Shown here: piece after piece, positions 1-15,044 of the stretch | Layout: each line of letters begins with the position of its first letter | Numbering within the stretch: position 1 is the stretch's first letter | Source of the DNA: Ophelia neglecta | Taxonomy: Eukaryota | Direction of reading: 5' to 3' | DNA: 64,000 nucleotides | NCBI GenBank assembly: GCA_965285935.1 | Contig: OZ260667.1 | Location: forward strand, 29,574,001 to 29,638,000 | The notes under the pieces: generated by a model | What the model was told of the DNA's origin: nothing | Databases searched by the model: none | Seen by the model: the letters and a program-made list of their open reading frames with translations, nothing else | Made by a program: the position numbers and the translations under genes

Positions 1-2862
1 CGCACTCTCAATTGATCGAATGGTCTGTCTAATCTTAATGTTCCATATTAAATAAGATGGTTGGAATTTCCAGTTAGATTTTCTATTGCTGCAGAGCGCT
101 GCGCCACATACAAAACGTTATAAGACTCATTCAGCCCCATCTGAAACAGACAATCAATGTCGATTGGCCTGCTCCCTAATAAAAGTGCGGAGGCCAAAAC
201 GATCGAGACCGCCATGAAGGACGCAAATTGCTTCATCTGACAGCCAACATCTTCATAAGGACGATGAAGGGACGATTTGCTAGCCAGGCTCGAGCTATCC
301 GTCGCCATGAAGAGTGTATCAGGCAGCGACAAGCGATGATTAGGCGGTCAAACATCGGAAAAGGCAGATTTGTACCAAGCGGCTTTACAGACAAACTACT
401 TCACTTTAAACATGGCATCCTACTAATGTTTTATAGTGATCATCGGGATTTCCTTTAAAATTAACCATTTTAAACAATATTTATATTCATTACAATAGTA
501 TATGCAAAGCCTGTCTTGAAAACGTCCGTTGCTATTTATGAAGGGAAATGTATTAGTGTCAGACTGTATGATCAGGCCCCGTGTGTTAAAATAAGTGGAC
601 ACAAGTGTAAGTTTGATCTAAGAATTTTTAGTTGAGATCTTTCTTATTGTTGAGGTTCATCTGCAATTACTTATAATCTTAGGTGAAGCTCTGCTAAGCT
701 GGATTTGAGTACCCTGGTATGTTAAAGTAGTGATGCTCATTTGACGAGTTCCAAATGGGATGTTTCAATGAATAATTTTCCATTCAGTGTACATGTTAGA
801 AATAGTCACCACTGCTTTTAAAATGAATCAGACTTCTTTTTATTTAAATCAGCTTAATGCCCATATATTTATATTGACAATAAGTGTTTGCAGCATGTTT
901 AGCCCTTATTCCTATATTCAGTGGTATTGAAAGTTAAGACAATGAACTAATAGAGATTGATTCAATAATTAACCAAAATTTTCACACTCTAATAATATTA
1001 ATGGAGGCATCAAAGTGAACAAAAACAAGCATTACACAATTTGAGCACACCCTAAAATATCTGTACCCAATTCTTTAGCCTAGATTGAACAAAGCTACCA
1101 TGTTATGATAAGAAAAATATTATTAAATGCTCGAGCAACTGTAGTGGGAAGATCAATGAAAAATGAAAGAAATAGGAGGGTTCTAGTATCAACCCTTAGG
1201 TTACTCCGAGGATTATTTCAACATAATATGAAACTATTCCGTATCCCAGTCCACAGACTGTGTTCTAGGCGTCAGATTGTGCTCAACCATCGATGACAAT
1301 TATGCGGATACCTTATATTTCCAATCTAGTCAATAAAACTTATGTTCAAAATATATTTTTAAAAATATAGTGTAAAAACACTTTAAATTGTAGATCATAA
1401 CACATAATTATGCCCCTAGAATAGTTTATTTTCCAAACGCAGCGTGATCCGGAGTTATTTAGTTGAGATTATACAAAAATATGATTTGAGCTGATTTTGA
1501 ACCATATTTTCAAATAATCTTGCAAGGTGAGAAATCACACAAATAGGCCGAGAGTTATCTGGTTCATCCCTTGGACACTTGCTTCTATATATTAATGTCA
1601 TGCGGACAGTCTTGAAAGCAATAGGAAAGCAAGCTCCGCTTAAAGATGTTCTAAAACATCAGTCAAAGATGAGGCGGTGACGTCCGAAGACAATCTTAAG
1701 CCTTTATGGTCAAAGCCTATAATATCGAGGTTTGACTTGTCTCCCAGATTTAACAATAACTTCTTATAGTTTCCAATATATTTATACACAAGCAAGAGGC
1801 GCCACTGATATAGCGCCATTAACAATTATGCGGGATGTTTTGATAATTATAAACTAATGGGGATGATATACATTATATGTCACAGTAGCACATGCCAACA
1901 TAAACGACTAGGTACTGTGTTTTTTTTTTACAAAAACATCAATGTTTATTACTGACTTAACAAAAATTGGCGGAAGATTCCAGAGTAATAGGGTAAATAC
2001 ACAGCATGTTCTCTTGCCAACATAACTTGTTCGAATGTTCTAAAGCACAGGGAATCTCCAGTATTACATGTGAGACTAATATACATAATAAGATAAATAC
2101 AGTAATAAAAACGTATCGATAATACGATATAATCTCTCCATGTGACAATGTTCATTGACGACATGCTCGCTCCGTTTTGGAAACATTGCGTGTATGCAAA
2201 GAGGGAATGAAGATGAAATACAATACAAAACTGCTGTCAGTAAAAAGCAACTTTCCTGGTCATGGATCGAAATATGATGCAAACAACTGCATAGACCATT
2301 CGAGTCAACAACCAGAACTTCGCCTAGATCTTTATAGAGCTTTGATTACCCAAGAAAAAGACATGCGTGAATTTGCCCAAGATAAAAATCAGGGTTGGCC
2401 TTGCGATTTTTATGGGTGTAATATTCGGACACGTCAAACTGATTTTGTGCAACCTTTCCTTGCCACTTAGGCTGTATCGATTGTAACAACGTTGATGTCA
2501 TATCACTGTAAGCTACAAGATGTTAAGTAAAGACACAAATGTGGCCATGAGAGAGCAACATCTTGCAATCGGCAGGAGAACCAAAAGGGCGAAGTCGTTG
2601 ATCATGCGCTATAGATCATTTCAGGCAGGGCGTCCTTGAATGTAAATGATGTATGGTGAAAATGCTGCCATCATGGCAGTTAAAGCTGGGGAAGTGAAGT
2701 ATTGTAGACTACATCTAGTTTAACCATCAGGGAGCTTTTCCATTTAAATGGAGGGCTGCTGTACCCCCCCCCCCTCCCAACTCTTCCCAACCACACCCAT
2801 TCTGGGCGAGCGATGCCCCTACTACCCTTTTGCCCATATCCAGCACTTCTATGTTTCATATA

Positions 2863-2879
2863 TGGCGCCCCCTGCCGCC
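2863..2879 (-). promoter_or_regulatory. CTCF-like motif
   Basis: Minus strand GGCGGCAGGGGGCGCCA. Motif match only. Confidence 0.35.
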
Positions 2880-5800
2880 TTATTGTGATTTTTCAACCAC
2901 ACCCCACCCCTAATTCTTAACTAATACATTAATCCGCATACTAAATGTAAGAGCCATACTGCCACGCCTCTGGTTGAAAGTCCATATTGACTCGTTGTGG
3001 TAATAAGCAGTATGGAATATAAAGCTGAGCCTTTGGGAATTGATTAATAGCACAATATAGGTACAGCGGGGAATGCCATGAAAAATCATCCAAACAACAA
3101 TTACTTGGAGTGGGTGCCCCTTGGTCGGCCTCCTCTGGGACGGTATCGGTTTGGGGTTATTCGTGAACGATCTTCTCTGGTGTTATATTCCGTCGATTGA
3201 GAAAATAGCGTTAGTGACGGATAGACTATCTGATCCGGGGTGAAACGTGGGTATTAACTTTTGGAGTCATCTCGTTGACTTCATTATTCATTTGGTGTTC
3301 TTTGCAAAACACGTTTTCCTCCATCGATACAAAAAAAAAGCATATTTTTCAAGCTCAGGGTTTACTAATAGAAGTACCAGAAATATCTTCCCTGTTCGTA
3401 TAGTTCCAGATGGAATTTAGCAGCCATGATATCATTAACATGCCTGCGGCCGATTATTCATCCAGTTTAAGATATCTCACTTTAATAGAATTATGAATTA
3501 AATTAAACGAGCAAGTGTCTACATATGTAGTTTACTCCAGTTTAGAGAAAAAACGTTTTACCTTTATATTTTGGTTCAATGGAAAAACAAACGTTTGCAA
3601 AAACAATCGAAGAAATCAATAAGCTAAAATACGTTCAACAGGTTGAGTTGGGCGGTTTGGCTGAAATAAGGTGTGTTTCCCGCCACCATTGTTTACTGTG
3701 CCAGCCTCTCTTTAACTACCATCTGTCGTTTCACACATTCCTCATCCCTGACAATCTTCTGAAAAGTGTCTGCTGAATATTTCATTGATCAATTTTCGAG
3801 CCAGAAATGCTGCTTATCCTAGCTAACGTGTTGCCTCTGGGTATCAATAAATGACTATTGTCGAATTTTTTACAGACGTGAGCAGCCCGTAGGTTGATAG
3901 AAGTGCATGGAACGAGCAAGCAGGTGAAGCCTTGATGAGCTGAGCTGGACCTGCCAGTAGGCTGATACATGGAGTAGTGTCCATACGCGAGCGAGGTACA
4001 GCCGACAGGTCGCAAACCAGGTTCGGGGCCAAAGAGCCTTTCCACATCGGCCTACTTTTCCATTCGGAACATTCACATCTGCTTAAATATCTATAAGCGC
4101 CATGTTCGACAACTTCAAGACAGAAAGGCATTGGGCATTCAATATCAATTAGATAACACGCAAATGTTGCTGTAAAACTCAGAAACCAGGACTATATACA
4201 CACAAATACTCGGGACACCTTGGGACTAAGTTGACGATATTGTATTAAATAAAGTGAATCACTAAGTATTCTAAATTAATTGTACAACTGCTACAATAAA
4301 AATCATACTACGACGAATACATGTGTGTCTTTGATTTTGACAATAATATGACATGCAGATTGGATCTAAATTCCTTCCCAACCCCCCATTGGCTGAAATG
4401 TTAGGAAATAATTTTAACATAAATTCGAAACTTTCCCGAACATTAACTAACTAGTGGGAGGTATAGAGGTTAATGTAATTATTTGCGGATTTACTTGGAC
4501 TAGATTTGACAACTATCTCAAATATTTTGTTTAGAGGGATAAACCGGGGAATCATTATTGTGATATAATTTTATTTTCAAACGGAAGAAAACGGTTTCGG
4601 TCATGATTAACGCTCTCCTACAAATATATATATATATATATACATTAATTATAACTAACCATTTTAACGACCACGTTTTCCCCCCAGTCTAGGATCTACT
4701 TTCTCGTGGTGTCCTGGGTAGTTAACACACTCAAGGGACTGATATATGTTTCAAAGCCTAGAGCAGCACATATTGTTTAGCAGCCTTTTTACATACACAA
4801 CAATATCGCAGATGCCTCAAAATGTGAGGCTATCAGATTAGATAAAGTTCACCATATACGATAGTGAGAGAAAATGGTAATTATCAGTGAAGGTTGAGGA
4901 TCCAAGTCTTCAACACAAGTGCTGTTGACGTTGAACACAAATATCGATGACGTGAGTGATTTTCGTAATGACATCACAACGTTGACCGGCAAATGCCTAC
5001 CCGATAATTCCCAATAAAGTCTTCAGCAATATTACATAGGGACGTAAAGCAGAGGAGCTTCCTTTGGTTCCCCAAACACAGGTTGTCAATTGGCGAAAAC
5101 ACGCAATTTCACCCTTCATTCACGGCCTGCCACATCTAATAGACGCCTAGAAATTGAATTATCCACACTGGTGAATTATGACAAGCCTTGCTCGGCATGT
5201 AATAGGCTTGTCTAAAGCTATTTGGGTCGGTCCCTTATAGATTTGGTCATTCTCAAACTATGTTGATAAGATAAAAACCTGTATTTCGTTCTATAACATG
5301 AAGGCACTAGTATTAAAACCATTAAATATGGTCAGTTTTCCGGCAGACCGCCATGGCGTTTTGAACCTATTTCAGGGAAGACATATCGTATACTGGTAGC
5401 ACAGCAATTGTTTAAACTAACAGCTCATATTTCATTTAGAACAACTGATCAACACTCGGGGGGTGGGGTTGGAGGGGGAGGGGTCCTTTTATATTTGCAC
5501 CGACATTGATACTTTGGGCCTTAGGATACATCTTTTGATCTCGGGGAGGGGATACATCTTTTCAATCGGGGAGAGAGGGTTTCCTTTATATTCGCATTGA
5601 ACTGAGTAAAGAAGTGGATATTGGCTTTTGGTTACTGGTATCATTGTGGACCTAAGGACCTCTTCTGACCTCGCACAGAGATTAGCCACTTCTGTCCTGT
5701 AGGCATTATATCTTACAAAAGTCTGAACTGTCTAATTAATTATGATATCGTTAAAGAAAATAATGCTTTTTATGTCAGGATAAAAATCCATTGTTATCAG

Positions 5801-8324
5801 CTGAAATGTCAATAAACGCTCAAATATATTCACTTCTTTCCGTCAAATCAGGCTATCCACAAACTCTGTAACGCACTCAAACAAGTAGAATTTACAAACC
5901 CCGCCGGACCAGGGCCTTAAAGGCGTCGAGATATATTCCCATTTCATCGCATGAAATAATGTAAAATGAAATTCAGAGCCTCTGAAGGACAGATGAGCCG
6001 GTGATGACAAAGTGGCTCTAGTCCCACGACGACTACTACTTTAGTGGATCACATAGTCTTCAGTAATAAACATTTCATAACTTATTCGAATGCAATAGGT
6101 TGCGTCACTGTTCTTGTAATTTCTAAATTGACTGTAAGTTATCTTTATTTTTTGAAGTATCTGCAACTAATATTTCGTCTTCCGCCACCTAGACTGATCT
6201 GTGATTGTTTGTATACTTGAAGAGGGTTTTACTTGACTCTGTAGAGATTTGACTATAAACAAAGGAAATGGCACAAAATAGGCCTAATAGATACCTTTAG
6301 CGGAGCAATGTCAACCAGCCTGAGTCGACTGTTTGTCCAGTGTCAACAAAAACCTCTCTAGATGCACGAGATCTTGCATGGTAGTTATTCGGGCGAGCTT
6401 TATGCAGCTATTCGCATCCTTGGCCATCTCGGTGAACTAGATTAGCGAGCACAACAGCGAGCAGCACTCAAAGACACTCGGAAATTGCATACTGTCCTCA
6501 AAGAGCCAGAATGGCTTCTTCATAACATGTCGGCCTATTTTACGAGCCTTTTATAAGCAGTCATCACTCATTGAGACGAACAAATTTCTTCTTTGCTTAG
6601 TTTTCCATAATTAGCATTCTAGTTTCTACTGAATGTCCTATTTCTGAACTACTATTTGTTAGAAGGAGAAAAAGCGAAAATTTCTAGGGACAGGAAATGA
6701 AAATAGCTGATGCAATCACTGCACTCTGACTTCTTGCAAGGGCCGCAAGACTTCCACTTATATGAAGATGGTTGTTTAGTGCGCCTCCTCTTTGGTACTT
6801 TTTAGACAAGGGCTTACAGCAACTAAGTTATTGTTATGTAAGTTTCACTAGTCATTGCTGGTAGGTTCACATGTCCCGCTGTAGAGCACCATGCACAACG
6901 TGTCTTTATGACGCCGGAGGAGGCTGTGCTGGCATGCCACTCGGACGATCTTAGTGCAATTTTCCCTGATCTATCTGATAGGCCGACCAAAAAAGGTTGG
7001 CTTAGAGAAAGGCATGTTTCCGTCTTAGTTGATGAGCCCGTCATTCCTGTCTGACAGATTGAGGAATGCAGCCGGGCGTGATTCCAAGGCAACGTGATTC
7101 CTTTAAGTTGTGTGCCGACTGAGGATGGCGAGCTAGGAACCGGTAAATTTAAAGCAATGGCTAGATGCTAAAATAGCAAGAGAGTAACATCAATACTATA
7201 TGATGATGCTACACTAAAATACCTGCAATTCAAACCAGACATTTGTAAAAAAAAAAAAAAATAGGGCAGGCATAAACTCGGTCAGATAATTCGGCGATCC
7301 ATTTCCGCTTCTCTAGACCAATTTACTGAAATAAAGTCATTCTTGTCTACTTTCATTACAGCAGTAAAGCCAACACGCAATGCCGAAATGTAGATTAGAA
7401 AAGGTCAGATCGAAATGGCCATTGGGGGGCGATCTTAATCAGACGACACGGCGACACAAGCACAACAAATTGAGAGATTCCAACTTGGGGGACAAGTCAA
7501 GCATACAGGCTGAGCAACGCCACAGCTATTCATCAGTCTCTCCTGGTGGCTTGGTCTTCAGTTTGAATAACATTCGCTGCTTAATTGGAAAGTCCTGGAC
7601 AAGGCACGTCAACATCAAAATTGGTGCTGCTTAGTTCGAGCATTTCGCTATGTATCACTGGAATGGTGGACATGCTATTAGATGTACAAATAAAGGTTAT
7701 TGCCTGATAAAGACATTGTTTGTCGTTTCTAGTAGCTATCTACAGTTCCAACCTTAATAATGAAAGATATGCCCACAAACACACATCAAAATCCCAAATA
7801 TTGTAATGATTCTAATGTGCAATGCTTTAACACATTCTAGCAAATGATCACGAGATCTTATTTTTATTCTTTCTTACTTTCTTTCTACACGCAGTAAGAA
7901 GGGAGAAGACAAGAAACGCATGTTTAGACACAACGGATATCATGGTAGCTAGCACGACTGCCAGCGCACAGCACAGTTCAGTATATGTTAATACACCCGC
8001 TGGTGGCTCCTGGGTGCTTTCCTGTATGACCAAGAGCTTATTTACCATTAATAGCGAGGAGCAATTATCAAAAACCACAATCAAAAGCTATATTGTCATT
8101 GAGAGTCGTATTCATCAGTGTGTCTAGCGAGTAAAAAGAGAAATACCCTCCTTTTTTCGCTGTGACTGTGATACTGAAAATGTATCTCCATATGAACTCA
8201 CCTGCCACATCAATCAGCGACATATCTCGCTGAGAATATAACAGCCAGTGCAACTGATAAAAGAACAATATCTTTACTAGCGGCACTGTTCTCAATAAGA
8301 AATAAACAATATTCCATGTAATTA

Positions 8325-8501
8325 CAGTGAAACCTGCCTTAAAGACCAACTCTTTAATCAGACCACCTGTCAATTCAGACCACTTATATGAAGACCGTGC
8401 TGCATACTTTCAGTATTTAAAAACCTGTCTAAACAGACCACCTCCAAAATCAGACCAGCATTTTCCAGTCCCAAGGTGGTTTCAATTCACAGGTTTCACT
8501 G
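8325..8501. mobile_element. MITE of Tc1/mariner-pogo type (177 bp)
   Basis: Perfect 12-bp TIRs, CAGTGAAACCTG at 8325 and CAGGTTTCACTG ending 8501, each flanked by TA (8323-8324, 8502-8503). Internal repeated AGACCA(C) motifs. TA TSD plus CAGT termini is the established Tc1/mariner/pogo signature. Confidence 0.85.
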
Positions 8502-9253
8502 TACATGTATATCAAGGTAAAGAAGAAAGTCTGATAGTACCTTTGCCTGAAAAAAAAAATCCAGGGATCGACTATTCCCATAATTGAATTGAGCATCATA
8601 ATGGTCAAAGTTCACTGTAAATGTCAGCTTTCCCAAAACAGTTGCTTTTTCCGTTGAATTTGTCAAAGAGAATGGACAATTGTGGCTAAGTTCAACAAAA
8701 GCACTTTAGAAATCGAGCGTGGTTGGAAGGGACTAGGTTTGACAAGTTCTAGTGTGGCGCGCTGGCCGCGAGGCACTTCATCCCAGTCAAACGTGACCTC
8801 TGCCATTCCACAAGATGGATAATACAACACAGACGCTTCATGGGCTTTGCTGCTAAAAGAGTTCGAAAAAAGATTCACCGCCGCTTTTTCGGGATTCGGT
8901 ATTACTCCATTCATTGGAAAACGGGAGCAGCTCTAAGATGTCATGGGTGACAATTAAACTAACACCGACATTGCAATAGACTTAAATACCTCTCTGGCGA
9001 CCCAGGAATATTTTTCGGAACGTTGTAGTGAGCGCATAAAATGTAATGTCTATGAGGTAACACAGTCGTCCGGTAAATTTAGTGTCCGAATTGCCATGTC
9101 CGTGCTCTCATCACAACTGCTTTTCAAAATGTCAACAGCGGGCAATGTTTGCCGATATTAGCCGTGTAAGTGGCTGCTAGTGCTTTATTTCATCCTTAAT
9201 AGTAACGCGCTCTAGAGATGTAGCCTGCATTATCTTTTTGTTGATGACTACAC

Positions 9254-9268
9254 TGGCCACCAGGGGGC
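9254..9268 (+). promoter_or_regulatory. CTCF-consensus motif
   Basis: TGGCCACCAGGGGGC matches the canonical CTCF core. Motif match only. Confidence 0.45.
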
Positions 9269-10254
9269 AAGCTCGCAAGGAAATCCATTGAAAATTTATG
9301 GACAGGCTCAACTAATGTTAACGTTGTACTCTTATTAGGGAAGCACTGCGCGATGTCATCGATGTCGAAGCTTAAATTATCGGATCAGGCAAGTATAAGA
9401 TGATGCTCATGTGACCAAGGTGTTATTATAGCGTTCAGTGTACGTAAATAGCCTGACACTCGCCCACTTTGGTTGTAGCCAGCCGACGAATATAAGACTA
9501 CATTTATTATTAGAAGCGAACGGAATGAAGTCCCTGTTTGGTGTTTTTCCAAAGCTATACCAGTAGAGGTGGACTTATTTATTAGGAAAGTCAGATCGTT
9601 GTAGGGCGCCACATGTGTGTTTTAAGAACTCATTTAATTTGTACACATGATGTCCATGATATTGAGATTTCGGCGACGATGCAAACTTTTTAACCGCCGT
9701 AGAAAAAAAGAGCAGCCGTTATCAACCAAATGATTTGTACCTAACCTCTTGTGTACTCCCCATTTGTCGTCCATTGTCCGACAATTTTCTCTTCCTTTTT
9801 TCAACGGCCAAAAAGCATTGTTGCTTTCGATTGCTCGATAAGCCATTGGCGGAGGTGAAGGGCACATTCAAGGCCACAGAACAGCGCCTGCGCGGCGCAC
9901 GGCTTGTGTAAGAATGGTCATGATCAATCTCTCCGATTGCTTAGTCAAGGGATTCGTGTCTGCGCCTGAAATCAGAAAGTGCCCACGCTACTTGGCGGAG
10001 ATGAATGGAGTTCTTGTCCTCCTTCGGCCGGCGTGCGCTCTATCTATAATGGGATACTGTGCGACTTCCTGTTCGCCTTTAGAGCAACAAGGCCAGGCAT
10101 ACAGGGCTTTCAAAAGAATACATTAGAGTGCACCGATAAAGGATGGAGCAAATTGGCAACGGTACGACTGGACATATTTATGCTTTGCGAACGGACCATA
10201 TTCAAACAAGCATAGTGGCAGTGAAATAAGTCCACTTGTGTAGTTCCTTTGATA

Positions 10255-11443
10255 GGAATAGACGAGCGGTAAGCGATGATGCCCTGTTTTTAGAAGAGTT
10301 AAGCGGGATGGATTAATGCTCTGATATTAAACAAGATAAGAGAGTTTCTCTGTGGATCCCGAGAAACCACAAACGGCTTGCCATGAAGCCCTGTCAATAT
10401 ATTAGACAACCCGCTCGCAAAGAGGCCCTGTTATTAGACTTGACACACGGGTTGCGATCAAGCCCGGTTATAAGATTAGAAAATCGCCTTCAGTTGAAGC
10501 GAAGCTTGACTCACGCATTTCGATAAATCTAGGTCAGACAATGCAAACTGCTTGGATGACACCCGGTTTTTAGACAAGATAGTTTGTGATATTTGAGTCA
10601 TTAGACTAGAGACATAGCTTGCGATGAAGCCCGGTTATTTGACAAGAGACATAGCTTGCGATGAAGTCCGGTTATCAAACTAGAGACACGGCTTTCGATG
10701 AAGTCCGGTTATTAGACAAGAAACACGGCTTGCGATGAAATCTGTTTATTAGACTAGAGCACGGCTTGCGAAGAAGTCCGGTTATTAGACTAAAGATACG
10801 GCCGGCGATGAAGTCCAGTTATTAGACTAGAGGCACGGCTTGCGTTGAACTCCGGTTATTAGACTAGAGACACGGCTTGCGATGAAGTCCGGTTATTAAA
10901 CTAGATACACGGCTTGCGATGAGACTAGAGACACGGCTTGCGATGAAGTCCGGTTATTAGACTGGAGACACGGCTTGCGATGAAGTCCGGTTATTAGGCT
11001 AGAGACACGGCTTGCGATGAAGTCCGGTTTTTAGACTAGAGACACGGGTTTGTGATGAAGTCCGGTTATTAGGCTAGAGACACGGCTTGCAATGAAGTCC
11101 GGTTATTAGGCTAGAGACACGGCTTGCGATGAAGTCCGGTTTTTAGACTAGAGACACGGGTTTGTGATGAAGTCCGGTTATTAGACTAGAGACATGGCTT
11201 GCGATGAAGTCCGGTTATTAGGCTAGAGACACGGCTTGCGATGAAGTCCGGTTTTTAGACTAGAGACACGGGTTTGTGATGAAGTCCGGTTATTAGACTA
11301 GAGACATGGCTTGCGATGAAGTCCGGTTATTAGGCTAGAGACACGGCTTGCGATGAAGTCCGGTTTTTAGACTAGAGACACGGGTTTGTGATGAAGTCCG
11401 GTTATTAGACTAGAGACATGGCTTGCGATGAAGTCCGGTTATT
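10255..11443. repeat. 37-bp minisatellite (AGACTAGAGACACGGCTTGCGATGAAGTCCGGTTATT) with 112-bp higher-order trimer at the right end
   Basis: Unit period 37 (e.g. 10861 to 10898). The variant CACGGGTTTGTGATG recurs at 11043, 11155, 11267 and 11379 (period 112). Units become progressively degenerate leftward from ~10600 to ~10255, so the left boundary is approximate. Confidence 0.95.
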
Positions 11444-14271
11444 CATCTGTCTGACGTTAATGTGACCATTTCATCCTGCGGTGAGTCGTAAAGCGTTGAC
11501 TATGCGGTAATCGTCGCCTAATCTGTCAAACACCGCCTGGAATATCTTCAGGTTGCCATGGCAACGAAGTGGTAGAAGAAAAATAGGACAAGATGAGTTT
11601 TGATCAGTGAACCTCAATTATTATCATTTATATGACCACACCAAGCACTAAATATATAAAAGATCCAAAACCAGACAAACAACTGTCAAGTATTATCTCT
11701 GTTCACTTGGGAGTGGCAATCAGTTGACAATGAAAAGATTGGAATACTTGTTAATAATATTTCTACATATATTTTAACAATTTTATTTATTTGTTTTTTT
11801 TTAAGTACGTTAATTGTTGTAACATGAGGAATAAACAAAGCTCATAATCATCCAATCCTCCCTCTCAGAAACATATTTAACATGCCCATTCAGTACAAAG
11901 GCGTAAGTACTTACATATAACTTTATTCAAGATAATGGGCCTTTATACAACCTTTTTTCTAATTATACACAGAATCTTACCTTTCTGAAGGTAAAACTCT
12001 TTCAGGCTAGATTGGAATTTATATATTTTTGGTATTATATGACAAAGGATAATTGTCATATTATTATAATAATTATATGACAATCATGATTCTACAGTGA
12101 AATGTTTTAGATGAATCTATTGTACAGTTATAGATGGTGAATTGGTGAATTATTATGTTAAATATAGTTAAAACGACTCACATTGTATACAAAACCACTC
12201 CTGTTTAATTTAATGGCTTTAAAAAATGTATTCCTACTATTTGAATCCGTATTTGAAAATATGAGGGGAAAACGGCACATGCCAGGCCATAACGGTTGTA
12301 GTGATAACGTCTTACAGCCTTACTAGCATCGAGCTTATAAGTTATTCATGCACCTATGGTGGACTCTAGACCTAAAAGGCTCTGCTTCCTGCCGACTCGA
12401 ATCGCAGATTCCTGCCTGGGAAAAGGCAGGACTTCTCAGTCCCGAATGAGGCAGTGATTTGATGGAGATGTTACTGACCAGGACAGAGGACAGAGGACTG
12501 TCACCCCACTGCCAAGGACTTGGTATTTGACAACTCCTAATGGAGGAATGAATGTATTAACTCATAGCTGCTCATCGAATTCGGCGCTAAGGTATGTATG
12601 GTAATCTTTATGTCATTAAGGTGCCCTCCCCCTTCCAATGGTTCCGAGGAGGAGCGCTACGATTGCATTATAAAGGGTTACTCTGAACCCCCCACCCCCA
12701 CCCCTACCCCTTCTCCTCCCTCCCCTCCCTCTCTCTCCTTTTTACAATTAACATCCCATATCCTCGAACCTGTGCACCCTCTGAGCATGACACGCTCTTA
12801 TCTGAAGATTTTATTTTTTCAAAATTTGATGCACATACTATTGGAGCAATAATAAGCCTTTTCATACTACTTACACATATTATCCGTGCCTCTCCTTAGA
12901 GGCTTATGAATTCTTTCAAAAACTATAGCCCTATTGCTGTCTTGAGATTTTCAAGGGTATACTAGTACAAAAAACAAAACAACAGTGATATAGCTATTGT
13001 GACTACCGAATGCCAGTGTGGGTTGGCAGCCTCCTACGACAGATGGTGTCCTCGGTGTGTCCCTTGTTGGGTGTGTAGGACCTGGTAGGTCCAATGGTTA
13101 GATGGCGCATGGCCACAAGACAAGAGTATAGAGCTTGTCTGAATTGATCAGGCTAAACTGTGATTCATGACTTTCGGTTGGCCTTCGAAATTACTGAAAA
13201 TTTGTTATTATGCATTACGATGTAAAGGTAAATTACTTGCTTATTTTCCATTCATAGAGTGAGTATATCAGGCCTACGTCTGCCGACATCTCCTTCTGAT
13301 ATTAACCCGCTAATAACGTTAGATGCCAATTTATAATAGAATAAACTGTATTTTATGTTAAGTAACCCCCTGCATTTTCCGCGGATAAGTTTTAACACTT
13401 CCATTGGGAAAGCAGGCCTACTTATTACCATAACCAAGCGAATTTGTTGCCGTCTAAGTGAACCATGGAAAATCTCATGTGGAAAAAAAGCATAGAAATA
13501 TTACTTGCGAGTGGATGTACGTTGTTACTATGCTCCCTCGTTAATCTGTTTTTTAGGGTGCCCCGACCTGCTTAGCCTCAAACGGCACAATGTATAATTT
13601 ATTCTGGGACAATTAATCACTTATGTAACTCACTGGACATAATGCCTAAACAGGAAGGAACACTGAATGGGGAATTCAAATTCCTGTCAGTGAAAATATA
13701 ACATAACAATAAACAAAATATCTGATCTATATATCCTATAATTACGAAGGGAAAATAGATAATACGGTCATGCATAAATGGAAAAGATGGTGGGGGCGGG
13801 GAGGGGGAATTGGAGGCTCTCTTTAGATCGCAAATGAAACAACATAGGAAAATAATGCACTTGGAAAAGTATGTAAGTCTTTTAATGGAGACTTCCATTC
13901 AAAGTAAGAGTATATCTATTTTCCTCTATGCGGTACCAACAATACGAACAAGGGGACAAGTTGAAAAGCATTAGAAGGGGTAAAAGACGGAGCTTTGCTG
14001 AAACTAATATCGAATGGCTTCAAACCATAAGCTCATGTGTCAGATGCGGAAACTATAATCTCAACGCCGTTGGCTAACTTCGATAAAAAAAGTTCCCGGT
14101 AGCCTAATAGAAATAAAACGAAACAAACAAACATTTGTTAATGATATCAAGTAAGAACAAATAGGCATAAAGCAGACTTAGGTGTTAACATTACAGCTTG
14201 ACTTTTCACATCACTAAATTAACTTCTTTTAATTGATAAAGTTAACTGTTGTTAAAAAGTTTCCCCTAACC

Positions 14272-14323
14272 CGAGGATATGTAAAACCTGTTGCCTTCGA
14301 GGATATGTAAAACCTGTTGCCTT
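14272..14323. repeat. 26-bp perfect tandem duplication
   Basis: CGAGGATATGTAAAACCTGTTGCCTT at 14272 and 14298. Confidence 0.9.
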
Positions 14324-15044
14324 GTTATGAATACCAAACCATATATGATTTGTTTATGATTTATATGGCATTTGTTATCATATATTATTCCTTAATCCCT
14401 ATTGCTCGTCCATCCGGATACGGGCGCCTCCTGAAAGGGGATATCTATGTCGACTGGCAGTACCCATCGACGTCCCCGCAGTTTTGACTACAGTTTCATT
14501 GGTTTGTGAGGTTCTAGCTGCTGGATGCAATGTTTCGATTCAACTTTATTTTTCTTCGAAAAATTCACTTGCTTGGAAGTGAATTGCGGATGTTTATCAT
14601 ACTGACATTCGTATGCAGTAAACGCGGCCCACAATGATCTCGACCCAGTTAGTAAAGGTAGGATATAGGTCATGGCTAAGGTTATTAGCATAATGTTAGG
14701 TAGTGTCTGGCAGGTGGGGTAAATGGCACGGGAGAGGCATATTGATTTTAATCAATTTTAAACAGACTGCGATCATTAATTTTTCTGCAGATAGTCGTTG
14801 GCCGCGATCGCTTGTGTTCAAAATGAAGTAGGACGCGTCCCCTTTGACCTGGAGGACGCAACTACCCTGAACCCTGCTCGACACACTGACTGCTTTTAAT
14901 CAATTCAGTTTGCCAATTTTGAATTCTCAGGTATTAATATGAGTACTGGGTCTAGGTCAGGAATGATCCTGTAGATGGGTCCGAAATAACGAGGAACCAG
15001 CGGCCACAGCCCAAAGAAAAGTTCTATACACAAGAACACAATTA

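Noticed and set aside
183-458. Protein-like open frame (RHEGRKLLHLTANIFIRTMKGRF...)
   Set aside because: No recognisable homology, in-frame stops immediately upstream, and no convincing start or acceptor.
10255-11443. CRISPR-like appearance of the 37-bp repeats (also the 42-bp array)
   Set aside because: Units are head-to-tail with no unique spacers, there are no cas genes, and the context is eukaryotic.
12297-12662. Possible solo LTR (TGTAGTG...CGCTACGA)
   Set aside because: The 3' end is not CA, there is no TSD, and no second copy occurs in the window.
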